From Candidatus Nanopelagicales bacterium (GTDB taxonomy: Bacteria > Actinomycetota > Actinomycetes > S36-B12), in assembly GCA_017854795.1 (NCBI GenBank), contig JAFMHB010000006.1, positions 25,342 through 89,341 of the forward strand: DNA of 64,000 nucleotides. Reading direction: 5' to 3'. Positions 1 to 10,016 of this stretch are shown piece after piece. Position 1 is the first letter of the stretch. Each line of letters opens with the position of its first letter. A program made the position numbers and the translations under genes. Below the pieces are notes generated by a model. It worked only from the letters and a program-made list of their open reading frames with translations, ran no database searches and was not told where the DNA came from.

Positions 1-93
1 TCACACCCGAAGCACTTTCTGCGGCGTCATTCCAACCCTCGAACGCACACAACATTATGGGGTTGTTGAGAACAGGAAGATCGTCATATTCGA

Positions 94-1044
94 TCATGTC
101 GATCCCCCCTCTCCACCATTATCGGAGGTTAATCTCGCACTTGTTTGAGTACTGAGCACCGCATGTGAGATCAACTGTGCGACCCGAATTGGCCAGTAGA
201 GAGGAACGTCATGCACCGCACCGTACCAATGCTGAAGAGCAATGTTCATTTTTCCGTGAACTTTTGTCTCAACTTTGTTTCTTGCCTCGGCCCAACTATC
301 CGGAGCTGGAGTCGTTAATGGGGTGGATGGGATGAAGGGATCCCTTGCCATGAGGATCCAGGTGGGTATAGCGAGAGCCTGAATGTCTAAATCCGGGTTG
401 TAGTCCAGAAATGCCTCAAGGACCGCCATGTGGCGGTCAAATCCAATCGTTGTCACAAAGCCACCTTGTGGTGCCTCAACATACGTGCGTGCAATCGCGG
501 ACATAACCGACTCTTGCTTGTCAGACGAGGACAACATGTGCGCCGGGACATAGTGAGACCTTAATTCCGTTTCACTGAATGGACCTATTGGTGGCGTCAA
601 CGCGGCGTTCACGTCCTCGCGTGTGATTAACCCGCTTTCAACAATGTTTGCCGGCGTGAATGCTCCACCATCGATGAGTACTGAACTCGTGGTTCGACTC
701 GGGTACTGGGCTGCAATGTTGAGAGCAGCCGAGGCGCCCCAAGAATGGCCTACAACACAAGCTTTATCGATCCCAAGTTCATCCATTAATTCAATGCAAT
801 CTTCGCTGACTCGTGGAATGTGATAATCCGGAGTCATTTCCCTTGACTCACCGTGACCACGTAAATCAATCGAAAGTGTGCTGTATCGACTTCCGAGAGC
901 ATCAATTGTGGGAGACCAAAAATCTGCCTGTTGGGATAGTCCATGCAAGAGAACTATCGGCGTGAGATGTGAATCGAAACCCTCTTGGTAACGAAATGCA
1001 ACACCTGAGCCACTCATCACCGGTGGCACGATCGGATTCTTCAC
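94..1044 (-). CDS. alpha/beta-fold hydrolase
   Basis: 316-aa ORF with HG motif (LLHGLSQ) and nucleophile elbow GHSWG (VGHSWGAS). The true start may be the internal ATG at 1017, because 1044 abuts the divergent gene. Confidence 0.8.
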   Translation of the reverse strand: MKNPIVPPVMSGSGVAFRYQEGFDSHLTPIVLLHGLSQQADFWSPTIDALGSRYSTLSIDLRGHGESREMTPDYHIPRVSEDCIELMDELGIDKACVVGHSWGASAALNIAAQYPSRTTSSVLIDGGAFTPANIVESGLITREDVNAALTPPIGPFSETELRSHYVPAHMLSSSDKQESVMSAIARTYVEAPQGGFVTTIGFDRHMAVLEAFLDYNPDLDIQALAIPTWILMARDPFIPSTPLTTPAPDSWAEARNKVETKVHGKMNIALQHWYGAVHDVPLYWPIRVAQLISHAVLSTQTSARLTSDNGGEGGST

Positions 1045-1071
1045 TTGCCTACTCTCGCATTAAGGTTACGT

Positions 1072-1731
1072 GTGACCAAACCCAAGGCTCTCTTGCTCGA
1101 TCTTGATGGAACTTTGCTCGAATCCGAAAAACTCTGGTTGATTGCCGAACAGCAGGTCATGGCGCGTTATGGCTATGCCTGGACTCCCGCAGATCAACAT
1201 CACTGTTTAGGCGGTCCATTGGAGAGAGTTGCCCAGTACATGGAGGTAAAGACCAATGGTTCAGAGCGATCGGACATTATTGGAGGCCAACTGTTAAGTG
1301 CGGTTGCAGATCTATTTGCGACCGAGCCTTTGGAATGGCGGCCGGGTGCTGAAGCGCTTGTTGCGCAGGCACACCAACTCCAGATACCAACGGTGATTGT
1401 TACGGCTTCTTGGCGATCGGTCTTGGACACGGTTATGGCTCGCATGAGTGAAACCGTGGGCATGTTCTCTCATTCCATTGCAGGTGATGAAGTTCACAAT
1501 TCCAAACCACACCCAGAGCCGTACCTCTGTGCTGCGATTAGTCTTTCTGTACCTATTGGAGATTGTCTCGCTATCGAGGATTCACCCACTGGTACCCAGT
1601 CTGCGGTGAGTGCAGGTGCCAGAGTGATTGCAGTCGAGCACATGGCCGCCATTGATGTCGCTGGTGCAGTTATTGTCAGAACCCTTGTTGGTCAGGATGT
1701 GGAATCACTGTGGAAACTCGTTAACAACTGA
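1072..1731 (+). CDS. HAD-superfamily hydrolase (phosphatase/beta-phosphoglucomutase-like)
   Basis: HAD motif I LLDLDGTL and motif EDSPTG. I moved the start from TTG 1045 to in-frame GTG 1072 (MTKPKALLLDLDGTL). TAAGGT at 1061-1066 lies 5 nt upstream. Confidence 0.75.
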   Translation: MTKPKALLLDLDGTLLESEKLWLIAEQQVMARYGYAWTPADQHHCLGGPLERVAQYMEVKTNGSERSDIIGGQLLSAVADLFATEPLEWRPGAEALVAQAHQLQIPTVIVTASWRSVLDTVMARMSETVGMFSHSIAGDEVHNSKPHPEPYLCAAISLSVPIGDCLAIEDSPTGTQSAVSAGARVIAVEHMAAIDVAGAVIVRTLVGQDVESLWKLVNN

Positions 1732-2610
1732 TTCCAAGGCTGTTTTAATGGATTCTTCAACAAGTGAGCTGCCCGAGGTCCATGTACTTTGTTCGGGTAG
1801 TGGCGGCGGCGCACCACCAAATTCGGGGCACAGTGGTTTAAATGAACACCAACCGCAAAGTTTAGAGGGGGTAGGCAAAAATGACCGCTGTTCCGAACTG
1901 TGTGCGATTGCACTGCGCAGCGCAAGAATTTTTCTTTCTGTGATCAGTAGATCATTTTGGGTGGGCTCATATCGTAAAAACTTCCTATTACCCAAATACA
2001 TGAGTTGCAGCATTCGTGGCAACTCACCATTGATTCTCCACCAAGCCAACCCATAGAAACGCATCTGGAACATAGCTTTCTCCGCGTACATGGGAGAAGG
2101 AGCCTTCCCACTTTTGTAGTCCACAATTCGAATATCGCCAGACGGGGTTCGATCGACCCGGTCAATGAAACCCCGGATCGAGAATCCTTCATCGAGCTCA
2201 ACGCTCAATGCCAGCTCTCTAGCATGTGGTTCGAGTCGATTGGGGTCTTCCATCGCGAAGTAGGTTTCCAACAGGGGCCGAACGGGCGCCAAGGTTTTCT
2301 CCACCACATCCGAGCTAATTAGGTTTAGCGGCTCCGACTCAAACGCTGTACCGTAAATCAGTGCAGCTTCCTGTGGTTTATTTACTGCAAGCGCCTCGAG
2401 TGCCGTTGTGAACAGTGAGATGGCCAGCTCATACGTACGTTTACCGGCTGGGGCATCGAAAATATTTTCCAAAACAGAATGCACCAGTGTTCCACGAACT
2501 GCTGCGATTGAGGGCTCTTCGGGCAACTGATCAATTGTCTTGAACCGATAGAGCAAAGGGCACTGTTGGTAATCGGCGCTGCGCGAGGGGGAGAGTGAAG
2601 TCGGGAACAC
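1705..2610 (-). CDS. RecB-family / Cas4-like PD-(D/E)XK nuclease with Cys cluster
   Basis: 301-aa ORF with nuclease motif DRVDR...IVDYKSGK, an N-terminal Cys (QCPLLY) and a C-terminal CGWCSFKPLC cluster typical of Fe-S RecB-like nuclease domains. Sits next to trmI and mpa, as in mycobacteria. Confidence 0.8.
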   Translation of the reverse strand: MFPTSLSPSRSADYQQCPLLYRFKTIDQLPEEPSIAAVRGTLVHSVLENIFDAPAGKRTYELAISLFTTALEALAVNKPQEAALIYGTAFESEPLNLISSDVVEKTLAPVRPLLETYFAMEDPNRLEPHARELALSVELDEGFSIRGFIDRVDRTPSGDIRIVDYKSGKAPSPMYAEKAMFQMRFYGLAWWRINGELPRMLQLMYLGNRKFLRYEPTQNDLLITERKILALRSAIAHSSEQRSFLPTPSKLCGWCSFKPLCPEFGGAPPPLPEQSTWTSGSSLVEESIKTALESVVNEFPQ

Positions 2611-2616
2611 CTTCCG

Positions 2617-2622
2617 AGCCTA
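2617..2622 (-). promoter_or_regulatory. -10-like TAGGCT, 6 nt before GTG 2610 (leaderless-type promoter of the nuclease gene)
   Basis: Minus strand reads TAGGCT-cggaag-GTG. No SD. Confidence 0.5.
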
Positions 2623-2671
2623 GTTGCCCAACTGACCCAAATCGTTCACCTCGTCAAACAACGCGGTACGC

Positions 2672-2684
2672 GGGTCAATGACCC
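2672..2684. promoter_or_regulatory. perfect 13-bp palindrome GGGTCA-a-TGACCC, candidate operator
   Basis: Lies 20-32 nt upstream of trmI ATG 2704. A third TGACCC half-site at 2633-2638 is next to the nuclease -10. Confidence 0.4.
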
Positions 2685-2691
2685 ACGCCGA

Positions 2692-2697
2692 TAAAGT
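2692..2697 (+). promoter_or_regulatory. -10-like TAAAGT, 6 nt before ATG 2704 (trmI, leaderless-type)
   Basis: TAAAGT-cgccac-ATG. No SD. Confidence 0.5.
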
Positions 2698-2703
2698 CGC
2701 CAC

Positions 2704-3666
2704 ATGCCCAAACGCCCAGTTCACCCCCCAGCGCCGCGCGAAGTGGTCAGCGTGGGAGCCAGGCCGAGAGGCCCACTAAGTGCGGGCGACCTCGTGCAAC
2801 TCATTGATGCCAAGGGCAACAAATACACCATCACCCTCGCAGATGATCTCATTTTTCACAGTCATCGTGGGCAACTGGCCCATAATGACATGATCGGTAA
2901 AAGTGAGGGAATCATCATTAATAGCGATCGCGCTATCTCATATCAAGTTTTGCGTCCGGGACTGGACGACTATGTGCTGTCGATGCCGAGGGGTGCCACG
3001 GTCGTCTATCCGAAGGATGCGGCACGAATCGTTGGCTTGGCCGACATCGGCGAAGGTTCACGGATACTTGAGGCTGGAGTAGGTTCAGGGGCTTTGACCT
3101 GCTCACTGCTTCGCGGTTCCGGAATCACAGGATCCGTTGTCAGCATTGAACGCCGCGAGGATTTTGCTGAGATCGCAACTGAGAATGTCTGCCGGTGGTT
3201 TGGTGGTTTTCCTGCGTCATGGAGTTTGAAAATTGCGGATCTGGTCGAACTTAAGCCGGAACTTGGTGGCTACGACTCTGTTATTTTGGACATGTTGGCA
3301 CCCTGGGAGTGCCTTGAAGTTGTCGAAAGCGCATTACGGCCTGGTGGAGCACTCGTCGCCTATGTTGCCACAACAACGCAATTATCCCGGCTGGTGGAAA
3401 CATTGAGGGTTCGTAACGTGTGGACGGAACCGCGCGCGGAAGAGAGCCTGCTCCGCACATGGCACCTAGACGGTCTTTCAGTTCGCCCTGACCACAAAAT
3501 GAATGGTCACACGGGTTTCTTGGTCGCAGCGAGGTTAATGAACGGTCCTTCACTTGATCGAAAGCGCCGTCCAGCCCCTGGGGCCTACGGAGTGGACTAC
3601 CACGGTCCCGGCGGTGAGAATTATTTAGAGGGAACAACCCCCCTTTCAGTCGCTGAAAAGGTCTAG
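2704..3666 (+). CDS. trmI: tRNA (adenine58-N1)-methyltransferase
   Basis: 320-aa ORF with SAM-binding LEAGVGSGALT and MPRGATVVYPKDAA, a block typical of the TrmI/Gcd14 family. Conserved position upstream of mpa. Confidence 0.8.
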   Translation: MPKRPVHPPAPREVVSVGARPRGPLSAGDLVQLIDAKGNKYTITLADDLIFHSHRGQLAHNDMIGKSEGIIINSDRAISYQVLRPGLDDYVLSMPRGATVVYPKDAARIVGLADIGEGSRILEAGVGSGALTCSLLRGSGITGSVVSIERREDFAEIATENVCRWFGGFPASWSLKIADLVELKPELGGYDSVILDMLAPWECLEVVESALRPGGALVAYVATTTQLSRLVETLRVRNVWTEPRAEESLLRTWHLDGLSVRPDHKMNGHTGFLVAARLMNGPSLDRKRRPAPGAYGVDYHGPGGENYLEGTTPLSVAEKV

Positions 3667-3725
3667 TCGGGTTATGGTGTTATCGGTAAAAGACAGCATG
3701 GACCCCCTAGAGGATTGGTGACAAC

Positions 3726-5351
3726 ATGGAGCAAAGCTCTAATCTGACTCAAATACAGGGTGAGTTGGCTGCTGCTAGGGATCACAATGAGCGTCTGATC
3801 AATACATTGCGTGATGCACGTGAGCAAATTGTTTCACTCAAAACAGAAGTCGATCGTCTAGGTCAACCTCCGAGCGGATTCGCCACCATTTTGGTGGCTT
3901 ACGAAGATGCAACCGCCGACATCATGGCCTCGGGTAAGAAACTGCGCGTGGGAGTAAGCCCTGCCATTGACGTTGCTGATTTGGTTCTTGGCCGTGAAGT
4001 CCTGCTGAATGAGTCCATGAATATTGTGAGTATCCGGCAATACGACGAAACTGGTGAGATTGTCGTTTTGAAAGAGCGAATCGACGGTGACCGGGCATTG
4101 GTTGTTGCACACTCTGACGAAGAACGAGTCATCAAACTCGGAGCTCCGCTCATTGATCAAAAACTTCGTGCCGGTGACACCCTCTTGTGTGACATGCGCA
4201 ATGGGGTTGCGGTAGAAAAGATTGCGCGTGCTGAGGTTGAAGAATTGGTTCTCGAAGAGGTCCCTGACATCCATTACGAAGATATTGGCGGACTGGGTGA
4301 ACAAATTGAGGCGATCCGCGACGCAGTGGAGTTGCCTTATTTGCATGCTGAGTTGTACATGGAGCACAAACTGAAACCACCAAAAGGAATCTTGCTTTAT
4401 GGGCCTCCCGGGTGTGGTAAAACCTTGATTGCAAAAGCAGTTGCGAATTCATTAGCGCAAAAGGTGGCAGAGAAGACCGGAATGGGGGAGGGGAGGTCCT
4501 ACTTCCTCAATATCAAAGGTCCAGAACTGCTCAACAAGTATGTTGGTGAAACAGAGCGTCATATTCGTCTCGTTTTCCAGCGTGCCCGAGAAAAAGCCTC
4601 TGAAGGCATGCCCGTGATTGTGTTTTTTGACGAGATGGATTCACTGTTTCGAACTCGCGGCACCGGTGTGAGCAGCGATGTAGAGAATACGATTGTCCCT
4701 CAGTTGCTCAGTGAGATTGATGGTGTTGAAGGTTTGGAAAATGTAATCGTGATCGGGGCGAGTAACCGGGAAGACATGATTGACCCCGCAATTTTGCGCC
4801 CTGGGCGACTTGATGTCAAGATCAAGATTCAACGTCCTGACGCTCAAGCGGCTGCAGCCATCTTTTCAAAATACCTCACATCGGATTTGCCCCTGCATGA
4901 CGAGGATTTAGCAGAGCATTCTGGTGATCGAGACGCTACAACGGCTGACATGATTTCTCGGGCAGTTGAGCGCATGTACACCGACATGGATGAGAACCGT
5001 TTCTTGGAAGTGACATATGCCAATGGTGATAAAGAAGTGCTGTACTTCAAGGACTTCAATTCGGGTGCCATGATTGAAAATGTCGTCGCACGAGCAAAGA
5101 AGTCGGCAATCAAAGACTTCCTGACCTCAGGGCAACGCGGGATTCGTGTACAACACTTGCTGGATGCCTGCATTGACGAGTTCCGTGAAAATGAAGATTT
5201 ACCCAATACGACAAATCCGGACGATTGGGCACGCATTTCAGGTAAAAAGGGCGAAAGAATCGTCTTCATTCGGACGTTGATTGAAGGCAAAAAGGGCACA
5301 GAGCCCGGTCGTTCGATCAGCACAGCGTCCAACACCGGTCAATATCTCTAG
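3726..5351 (+). CDS. mpa: proteasome-associated AAA ATPase Mpa/ARC
   Basis: N-terminal coiled-coil region, Walker A GPPGCGKT, Walker [10 protein letters not shown], and the C-terminal GQYL proteasome-docking motif. Confidence 0.95.
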   Translation: MEQSSNLTQIQGELAAARDHNERLINTLRDAREQIVSLKTEVDRLGQPPSGFATILVAYEDATADIMASGKKLRVGVSPAIDVADLVLGREVLLNESMNIVSIRQYDETGEIVVLKERIDGDRALVVAHSDEERVIKLGAPLIDQKLRAGDTLLCDMRNGVAVEKIARAEVEELVLEEVPDIHYEDIGGLGEQIEAIRDAVELPYLHAELYMEHKLKPPKGILLYGPPGCGKTLIAKAVANSLAQKVAEKTGMGEGRSYFLNIKGPELLNKYVGETERHIRLVFQRAREKASEGMPVIVFFDEMDSLFRTRGTGVSSDVENTIVPQLLSEIDGVEGLENVIVIGASNREDMIDPAILRPGRLDVKIKIQRPDAQAAAAIFSKYLTSDLPLHDEDLAEHSGDRDATTADMISRAVERMYTDMDENRFLEVTYANGDKEVLYFKDFNSGAMIENVVARAKKSAIKDFLTSGQRGIRVQHLLDACIDEFRENEDLPNTTNPDDWARISGKKGERIVFIRTLIEGKKGTEPGRSISTASNTGQYL

Positions 5352-5386
5352 ACATTCACCAACTGTTTGCACTGGAGGATTAAAAG

Positions 5387-6916
5387 GTGTTCATGAGTGT
5401 CAATCGGATAATGGGTATCGAGACCGAGTACGGGGTAACCGTGCCCGGCCACCCAACCATGAACGCCATGGTCACCAGTTCACATATTGTGAATGCTTAT
5501 GCGCGCTTCAGTGGCCTTGACCAAGGATTACACGCACGCTGGGATTACGAAAGGGAGTCACCCTTGCGCGATGCCCGCGGCTTTGATCAAAGTCGCGCAG
5601 ACGCCGATCCGAGTCAATTAACCGATGACCTCGAACTTGGCCTCGAAAACATTATTCTGACTAATGGAGCTCGGCTCTATGTCGATCACGCACACCCTGA
5701 GTATTCAAGCCCTGAGGTGACAAATCCGCGCGATGCAGCACTGTGGGACAAAGCGGGCGAAATGATCATGCATCAGGCTGCTTTATTTGCGCCAAAGTTC
5801 GATGGAGCACAGATCAAGTTGTATAAGAACAATGTTGATAACAAGGGTGCCTCGTATGGCACACATGAAAATTACCTCATGGCCCGTCAGACGCCATTCG
5901 CGAATATTGTGCGTCTGCTGACGCCTTTTTTTGTTACCAGGCAGATTTTCACTGGTGCTGGTCGATTAGGTCAAGGTCAAGAAGGTACCGTCAAAAAGTT
6001 TCAAATTTCGCAGCGCGCCGATTATTTTGAAGCTGAAGTGGGCCTTGAGACAACATTGAAGCGGCCAATCATTAATACCCGAGATGAACCGCACGCGGAT
6101 CCTGAGAAATACCGGCGCCTACACGTAATCGTGGGTGATGCGAATATGTCAGAAAAGGCCACGATGCTCAAAATGGGCACGACTTCGCTTATCTTGGCAT
6201 TAATCGAATCCGGCTTCGAAGATTTTGGCCTTTTCGATATCGCCAATCCTGTTGCAGCAATGTCCAAGGTTTCGCACGACACCGAGATGAAAAACATAAT
6301 CACGATGGCGAATGGCTCATCAATGCGTGCCGTGGACATCCAATACTCCTACCTCGAGACAGTTCGGTCTCACCTGTATTCACACACCGACCCGGATATT
6401 CAGACTGACGAAATTCTGGATCTGTGGCAGGAGACCTTAGATTCGCTCAATGATCAATCTGGGGAGCACAAAGTCGCGGCTCGCTATATTGATTGGATCG
6501 CAAAGTATCAATTGATGCAGGGTTACCGCGATCGTGACGGGCTTGAATGGGACAATCCACGCCTGGGAGTCATTGACCTTCAATACAGCGATATTGATCC
6601 GGATCGCGGAATCGCCATAAGGCTCATGAACAGGGGATCGATTGACACGCTATTTACTGCAGATCAAATCGAGGTCGCGACCCGCGATGCACCACATGAC
6701 ACCAGGGCATACTTCCGAGGCGAATGTGTCCGCAGGTATCCACAAAATGTCGCAGCGGCATCCTGGGACAGCATAGTTTTTGACACTGGGGGAGACACAC
6801 TCCTCCGAATTCCTACCCTCGAGCCACGACGAGGTAACAAGGCATCAGTTCAAGGGCTTCTTGAGCGGAGTGAAAGCGCGGCAGACCTTCTCAATTCATT
6901 GCGATCCCACGACTAG
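5387..6916 (+). CDS. dop: Pup deamidase/depupylase Dop
   Basis: PafA/Dop family N-terminus RIMGIETEYG, located immediately upstream of pup. GGAGG at 5374-5378 lies 8 nt before GTG 5387. Confidence 0.9.
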   Translation: MFMSVNRIMGIETEYGVTVPGHPTMNAMVTSSHIVNAYARFSGLDQGLHARWDYERESPLRDARGFDQSRADADPSQLTDDLELGLENIILTNGARLYVDHAHPEYSSPEVTNPRDAALWDKAGEMIMHQAALFAPKFDGAQIKLYKNNVDNKGASYGTHENYLMARQTPFANIVRLLTPFFVTRQIFTGAGRLGQGQEGTVKKFQISQRADYFEAEVGLETTLKRPIINTRDEPHADPEKYRRLHVIVGDANMSEKATMLKMGTTSLILALIESGFEDFGLFDIANPVAAMSKVSHDTEMKNIITMANGSSMRAVDIQYSYLETVRSHLYSHTDPDIQTDEILDLWQETLDSLNDQSGEHKVAARYIDWIAKYQLMQGYRDRDGLEWDNPRLGVIDLQYSDIDPDRGIAIRLMNRGSIDTLFTADQIEVATRDAPHDTRAYFRGECVRRYPQNVAAASWDSIVFDTGGDTLLRIPTLEPRRGNKASVQGLLERSESAADLLNSLRSHD

Positions 6917-6920
6917 CAGT

Positions 6921-6926
6921 TAGGCT
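6921..6926 (+). promoter_or_regulatory. -10-like TAGGCT, 6 nt before pup ATG 6933
   Basis: TAGGCT-aagaac-ATG in the 16-nt dop-pup spacer. No SD. Confidence 0.5.
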
Positions 6927-6932
6927 AAGAAC

Positions 6933-7133
6933 ATGCCAACCCACGATAACAATCAAATAAAGCGTTCCCGCCGCGAAGAGGATCAGACCGATCAGGACAC
7001 GGTTGCGGTTGCAGCGGCTAACAACGCTGAGCTGGACAACGAAGTTGATTCGCTTTTGGACGAAATCGATGAGATCTTGGAAGTCAACGCAGAGGATTTT
7101 GTGAAGTCGTTTGTGCAAAAGGGCGGCCAGTGA
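6933..7133 (+). CDS. pup: prokaryotic ubiquitin-like protein Pup
   Basis: 66-aa acidic protein ending FVQKGGQ. The C-terminal GGQ is diagnostic. Located between dop and prcB. Confidence 0.95.
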   Translation: MPTHDNNQIKRSRREEDQTDQDTVAVAAANNAELDNEVDSLLDEIDEILEVNAEDFVKSFVQKGGQ

Positions 7134-7936
7134 ACCCCGAGTCCTCATTCGCCGCGCACTTGCAGTCTCAGGGAAAACTCCCAAATGCAATGACTGCGCC
7201 AACGTCACATGAGCATCTAGCACCGCATGGAACCACAATCGTCGCCCTTCGTCACGCCCAAGGTGTTCTTATGGCAGGTGATCGCCGGGCAACCATGGGC
7301 AACATTATTGCCCAGCGGGACATTCAAAAAGTGTTTCCAGCTGATACCTATTCACTAATTGGCATTGCAGGATCTGCAGGAATTGCATTGGAACTAGTTC
7401 GATTGTTTCAGGTCGAACTCGAGCATTACGAAAAAATCGAGGGAACATCACTTTCACTAAATGGAAAAGCCAATCGGCTCTCGAGTCTTTTGCGGTCCAA
7501 TCTCGGACTCGCAATGCAAGGTTTATCAGTAGTTCCGCTGTTTGCTGGTTTCGACAACGAGTTAGATATTGGCCGTATATTTTCTTACGATGTCACGGGT
7601 GGCCGATACGAAGAACACGATTTTTATGCCGTGGGATCTGGCTCGCAATTTGCGCGGGGTGCACTCAAGAAAATTAATGCACTCGATCAGAGCGAAGACG
7701 AAGCAATTGCTGCAGCGATAGAGGCACTTTTTGACGCAGCGGACGACGACAGCGCAACCGGTGGACCAGATATAAGCAGGGGAATTTTTCCTGTTATTTT
7801 CACGGCGGGAACAGATGGTGTGCGAGAAATAGACACCGATCACATCGCTCAGCTTTCGCAAGCGATGCTTCAACGCCGTGCAAGTCATCCCAATGGCCCG
7901 CGGGCACGTTTATTAAACGGTGGTGATTCCACATGA
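7130..7936 (+). CDS. prcB: 20S proteasome beta subunit
   Basis: Propeptide followed by the HG/TTIVAL processing site with catalytic Thr. GTG start overlaps the pup stop. Confidence 0.95.
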   Translation: MNPESSFAAHLQSQGKLPNAMTAPTSHEHLAPHGTTIVALRHAQGVLMAGDRRATMGNIIAQRDIQKVFPADTYSLIGIAGSAGIALELVRLFQVELEHYEKIEGTSLSLNGKANRLSSLLRSNLGLAMQGLSVVPLFAGFDNELDIGRIFSYDVTGGRYEEHDFYAVGSGSQFARGALKKINALDQSEDEAIAAAIEALFDAADDDSATGGPDISRGIFPVIFTAGTDGVREIDTDHIAQLSQAMLQRRASHPNGPRARLLNGGDST

Positions 7937-8607
7937 GCATGCCGTATTACGTTTCACCGGAACAAATAATTGCCGACAAAGCGGAGTTCGCCCGCAAAGG
8001 GATTGCGCGTGGACGATCTGTGCTTGTGGCAAGTGCACGTGAATCAATTTTCTTTGTAGCCGACAATCCGTCCCGGGCACTACATAAAATCGGAGAAATA
8101 TATGATCGAATTGGATTTGCGGCAGTCGGCCGCTATAACGAATTTGAAAATCTGCGAGTTGCAGGGGTTCGGTTAGCCGATACCCGCGGCTACTCCTATG
8201 ACCGAGTTGACGTAACGGTTCGAACAATTGCAAATGCCTATGCCCAAACACTTGGCAGTATTTTCATTGAAGCTGCCAAGCCATTTGAAGTTGAAATAGC
8301 GGTCGCGCAAGTAGGTGAGACCCCGGATCAAGATCAGTTGTATCGGATCTCATTTGATGGTTCAGTTCATGACCAAGCTGGCCTTATCAGTATGGGAGGC
8401 GACAGTGAGGCCGTTGGAAATCACATGTCGGAGAACTGGAACATTGGTGCTGGCGCGCACGAAACCTTGAAGGCCGCGGTGAATGCGCTTTACCCCGATT
8501 CTGAGCCAGACATCACCACCCTTGAAGTTGCCACCTTGAGCCGAACAGGTGATGGACGGCGCTTTCGTCGATGCTCAGGCGCAGAAATCACAGAGTTACT
8601 GGGTTAA
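7933..8607 (+). CDS. prcA: 20S proteasome alpha subunit
   Basis: 224-aa ORF with an ATGA overlap to prcB. N-terminus [11 protein letters not shown] is typical of actinobacterial PrcA. Confidence 0.95.
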   Translation: MSMPYYVSPEQIIADKAEFARKGIARGRSVLVASARESIFFVADNPSRALHKIGEIYDRIGFAAVGRYNEFENLRVAGVRLADTRGYSYDRVDVTVRTIANAYAQTLGSIFIEAAKPFEVEIAVAQVGETPDQDQLYRISFDGSVHDQAGLISMGGDSEAVGNHMSENWNIGAGAHETLKAAVNALYPDSEPDITTLEVATLSRTGDGRRFRRCSGAEITELLG

Positions 8608-8622
8608 GGGGACAGTACCGAT

Positions 8623-9984
8623 ATGGAGCGTCGAATCTTCGGCATCGAGACGGAGTACGGTGTTACCTGCACATTTAAAGGCCAACGCCGTTTAAGCCCC
8701 GACGAAGTTGCTCGTTACCTGTTCCGTCGCGTAGTGAGTTGGGGCCGTAGTAGCAATGTCTTTCTCTCAAATGGGGCCAGGCTCTACCTCGATGTCGGTT
8801 CACATCCGGAATATGCAACAGCCGAATGTGATGACTTCATGGAATTACTGGCTCAAGATCGGGCCGGCGAACGAATCCTTGAGGGCCTGAGTATTGAGGC
8901 CGAGGAGCGGTTGGTTCAGGAGGGTATTTTTGGCGATGTTTATCTCTTCAAAAATAATACGGATTCCGCAGGGAATTCGTATGGTTGCCATGAGAATTAC
9001 CTGATCGAGAGAACCACTGATTTTGCATCCCTCGCACAAACTTTCATTCCTTTTTTGATCAGCAGGCAAATCCTCGTAGGGGCTGGCAAGGTTGTACAGA
9101 CCCCTCGCGGCTCCACCTACGCTGTTAGCCAGCGCGCCGACCACATTTGGGAAGGCGTTTCCAGTGCTACGACTCGATCCCGACCAATCATCAACACACG
9201 AGACGAACCCCATGCCGATGCAGACTTGTATCGACGCCTGCATGTAATTGTTGGTGACAGCAATATGAGCGACACGACAAATCTTCTCAAAGTGGTGTCT
9301 GCGCATCTGGTGCTCTCGATGATCGAGTCAGGGGCAGTGATGCGAGATCTCACTTTAGCTAACCCCATCCGCGCCATTAGGGAAATTAGTCATGACACCA
9401 CGGGAACACGAACGGTGAAACTGGCAAATGGAAGGGAGATCTCAGCCATCCAGATGCAGAGTGAATACTTTCACAAAGTGTCAGATTTCGTTACCCGCCG
9501 CGGAATTGTGGATCCGGTCACACAACAGGCCATGGAATTGTGGGAAAGGTCGATTAAGGCGGTCGGTTCTGGTGATCTGCATCTGATTGACCGAGAGATC
9601 GACTGGGTGATCAAATTGCGTCTGATTGATCGTTACATGCGAAAAAACAACATGACCCTCGAGGACGCCCGGATTGCTCAGCTTGATCTGGCGTACCACG
9701 ACATTCGTCGCGACCGTGGCTTGTTCTATCTACTAGTCCGCGGCGGGGCCGTCGAGTCGTTGTTGACTCCAGAGCAAATCGAGGTGGCCAAAGATATAGC
9801 GCCGCAGACCACTCGAGCCAAGTTGCGCGGTGACTTTATTTCTCGAGCCCAAGAGCGTTCAAGGGATTACACGGTTGACTGGGTCCACCTAAAACTCAAC
9901 GATCAAGGGCAACGGACTGTTCTGCTCAAAGATCCTTTTCAACACACGGATGAACGGGTTGATCGACTGATCGCGTCAATGTAG
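8623..9984 (+). CDS. pafA: Pup ligase PafA
   Basis: N-terminus [10 protein letters not shown], paralogous to Dop. Downstream of prcBA. Confidence 0.9.
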   Translation: MERRIFGIETEYGVTCTFKGQRRLSPDEVARYLFRRVVSWGRSSNVFLSNGARLYLDVGSHPEYATAECDDFMELLAQDRAGERILEGLSIEAEERLVQEGIFGDVYLFKNNTDSAGNSYGCHENYLIERTTDFASLAQTFIPFLISRQILVGAGKVVQTPRGSTYAVSQRADHIWEGVSSATTRSRPIINTRDEPHADADLYRRLHVIVGDSNMSDTTNLLKVVSAHLVLSMIESGAVMRDLTLANPIRAIREISHDTTGTRTVKLANGREISAIQMQSEYFHKVSDFVTRRGIVDPVTQQAMELWERSIKAVGSGDLHLIDREIDWVIKLRLIDRYMRKNNMTLEDARIAQLDLAYHDIRRDRGLFYLLVRGGAVESLLTPEQIEVAKDIAPQTTRAKLRGDFISRAQERSRDYTVDWVHLKLNDQGQRTVLLKDPFQHTDERVDRLIASM

Positions 9985-10004
9985 GCCTTGCTGGGTTAAA
10001 AAGG

Positions 10005-10010
10005 TATTCT
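10005..10010 (+). promoter_or_regulatory. -10-like TATTCT, 6 nt before GTG 10017 (FKBP lipoprotein)
   Basis: TATTCT-aagtga-GTG. Confidence 0.4.
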
Positions 10011-10016
10011 AAGTGA

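Noticed and set aside
1-93. Possible gene fragment at the left edge; frame 1 is open to a TGA at 67-69.
   Set aside because: It is too short (22 codons) to identify. No call is made.
2617-2640. A possible RecA-NDp/PafBC promoter motif upstream of the RecB-like nuclease gene.
   Set aside because: It is not accepted as a call. GGTCAGTT-7nt-TAGGCT differs from the remembered consensus TGTCRGTG-8nt-TAnnnT in the first base, the last base and the spacer length. It is mentioned only as a weak hypothesis in the findings.
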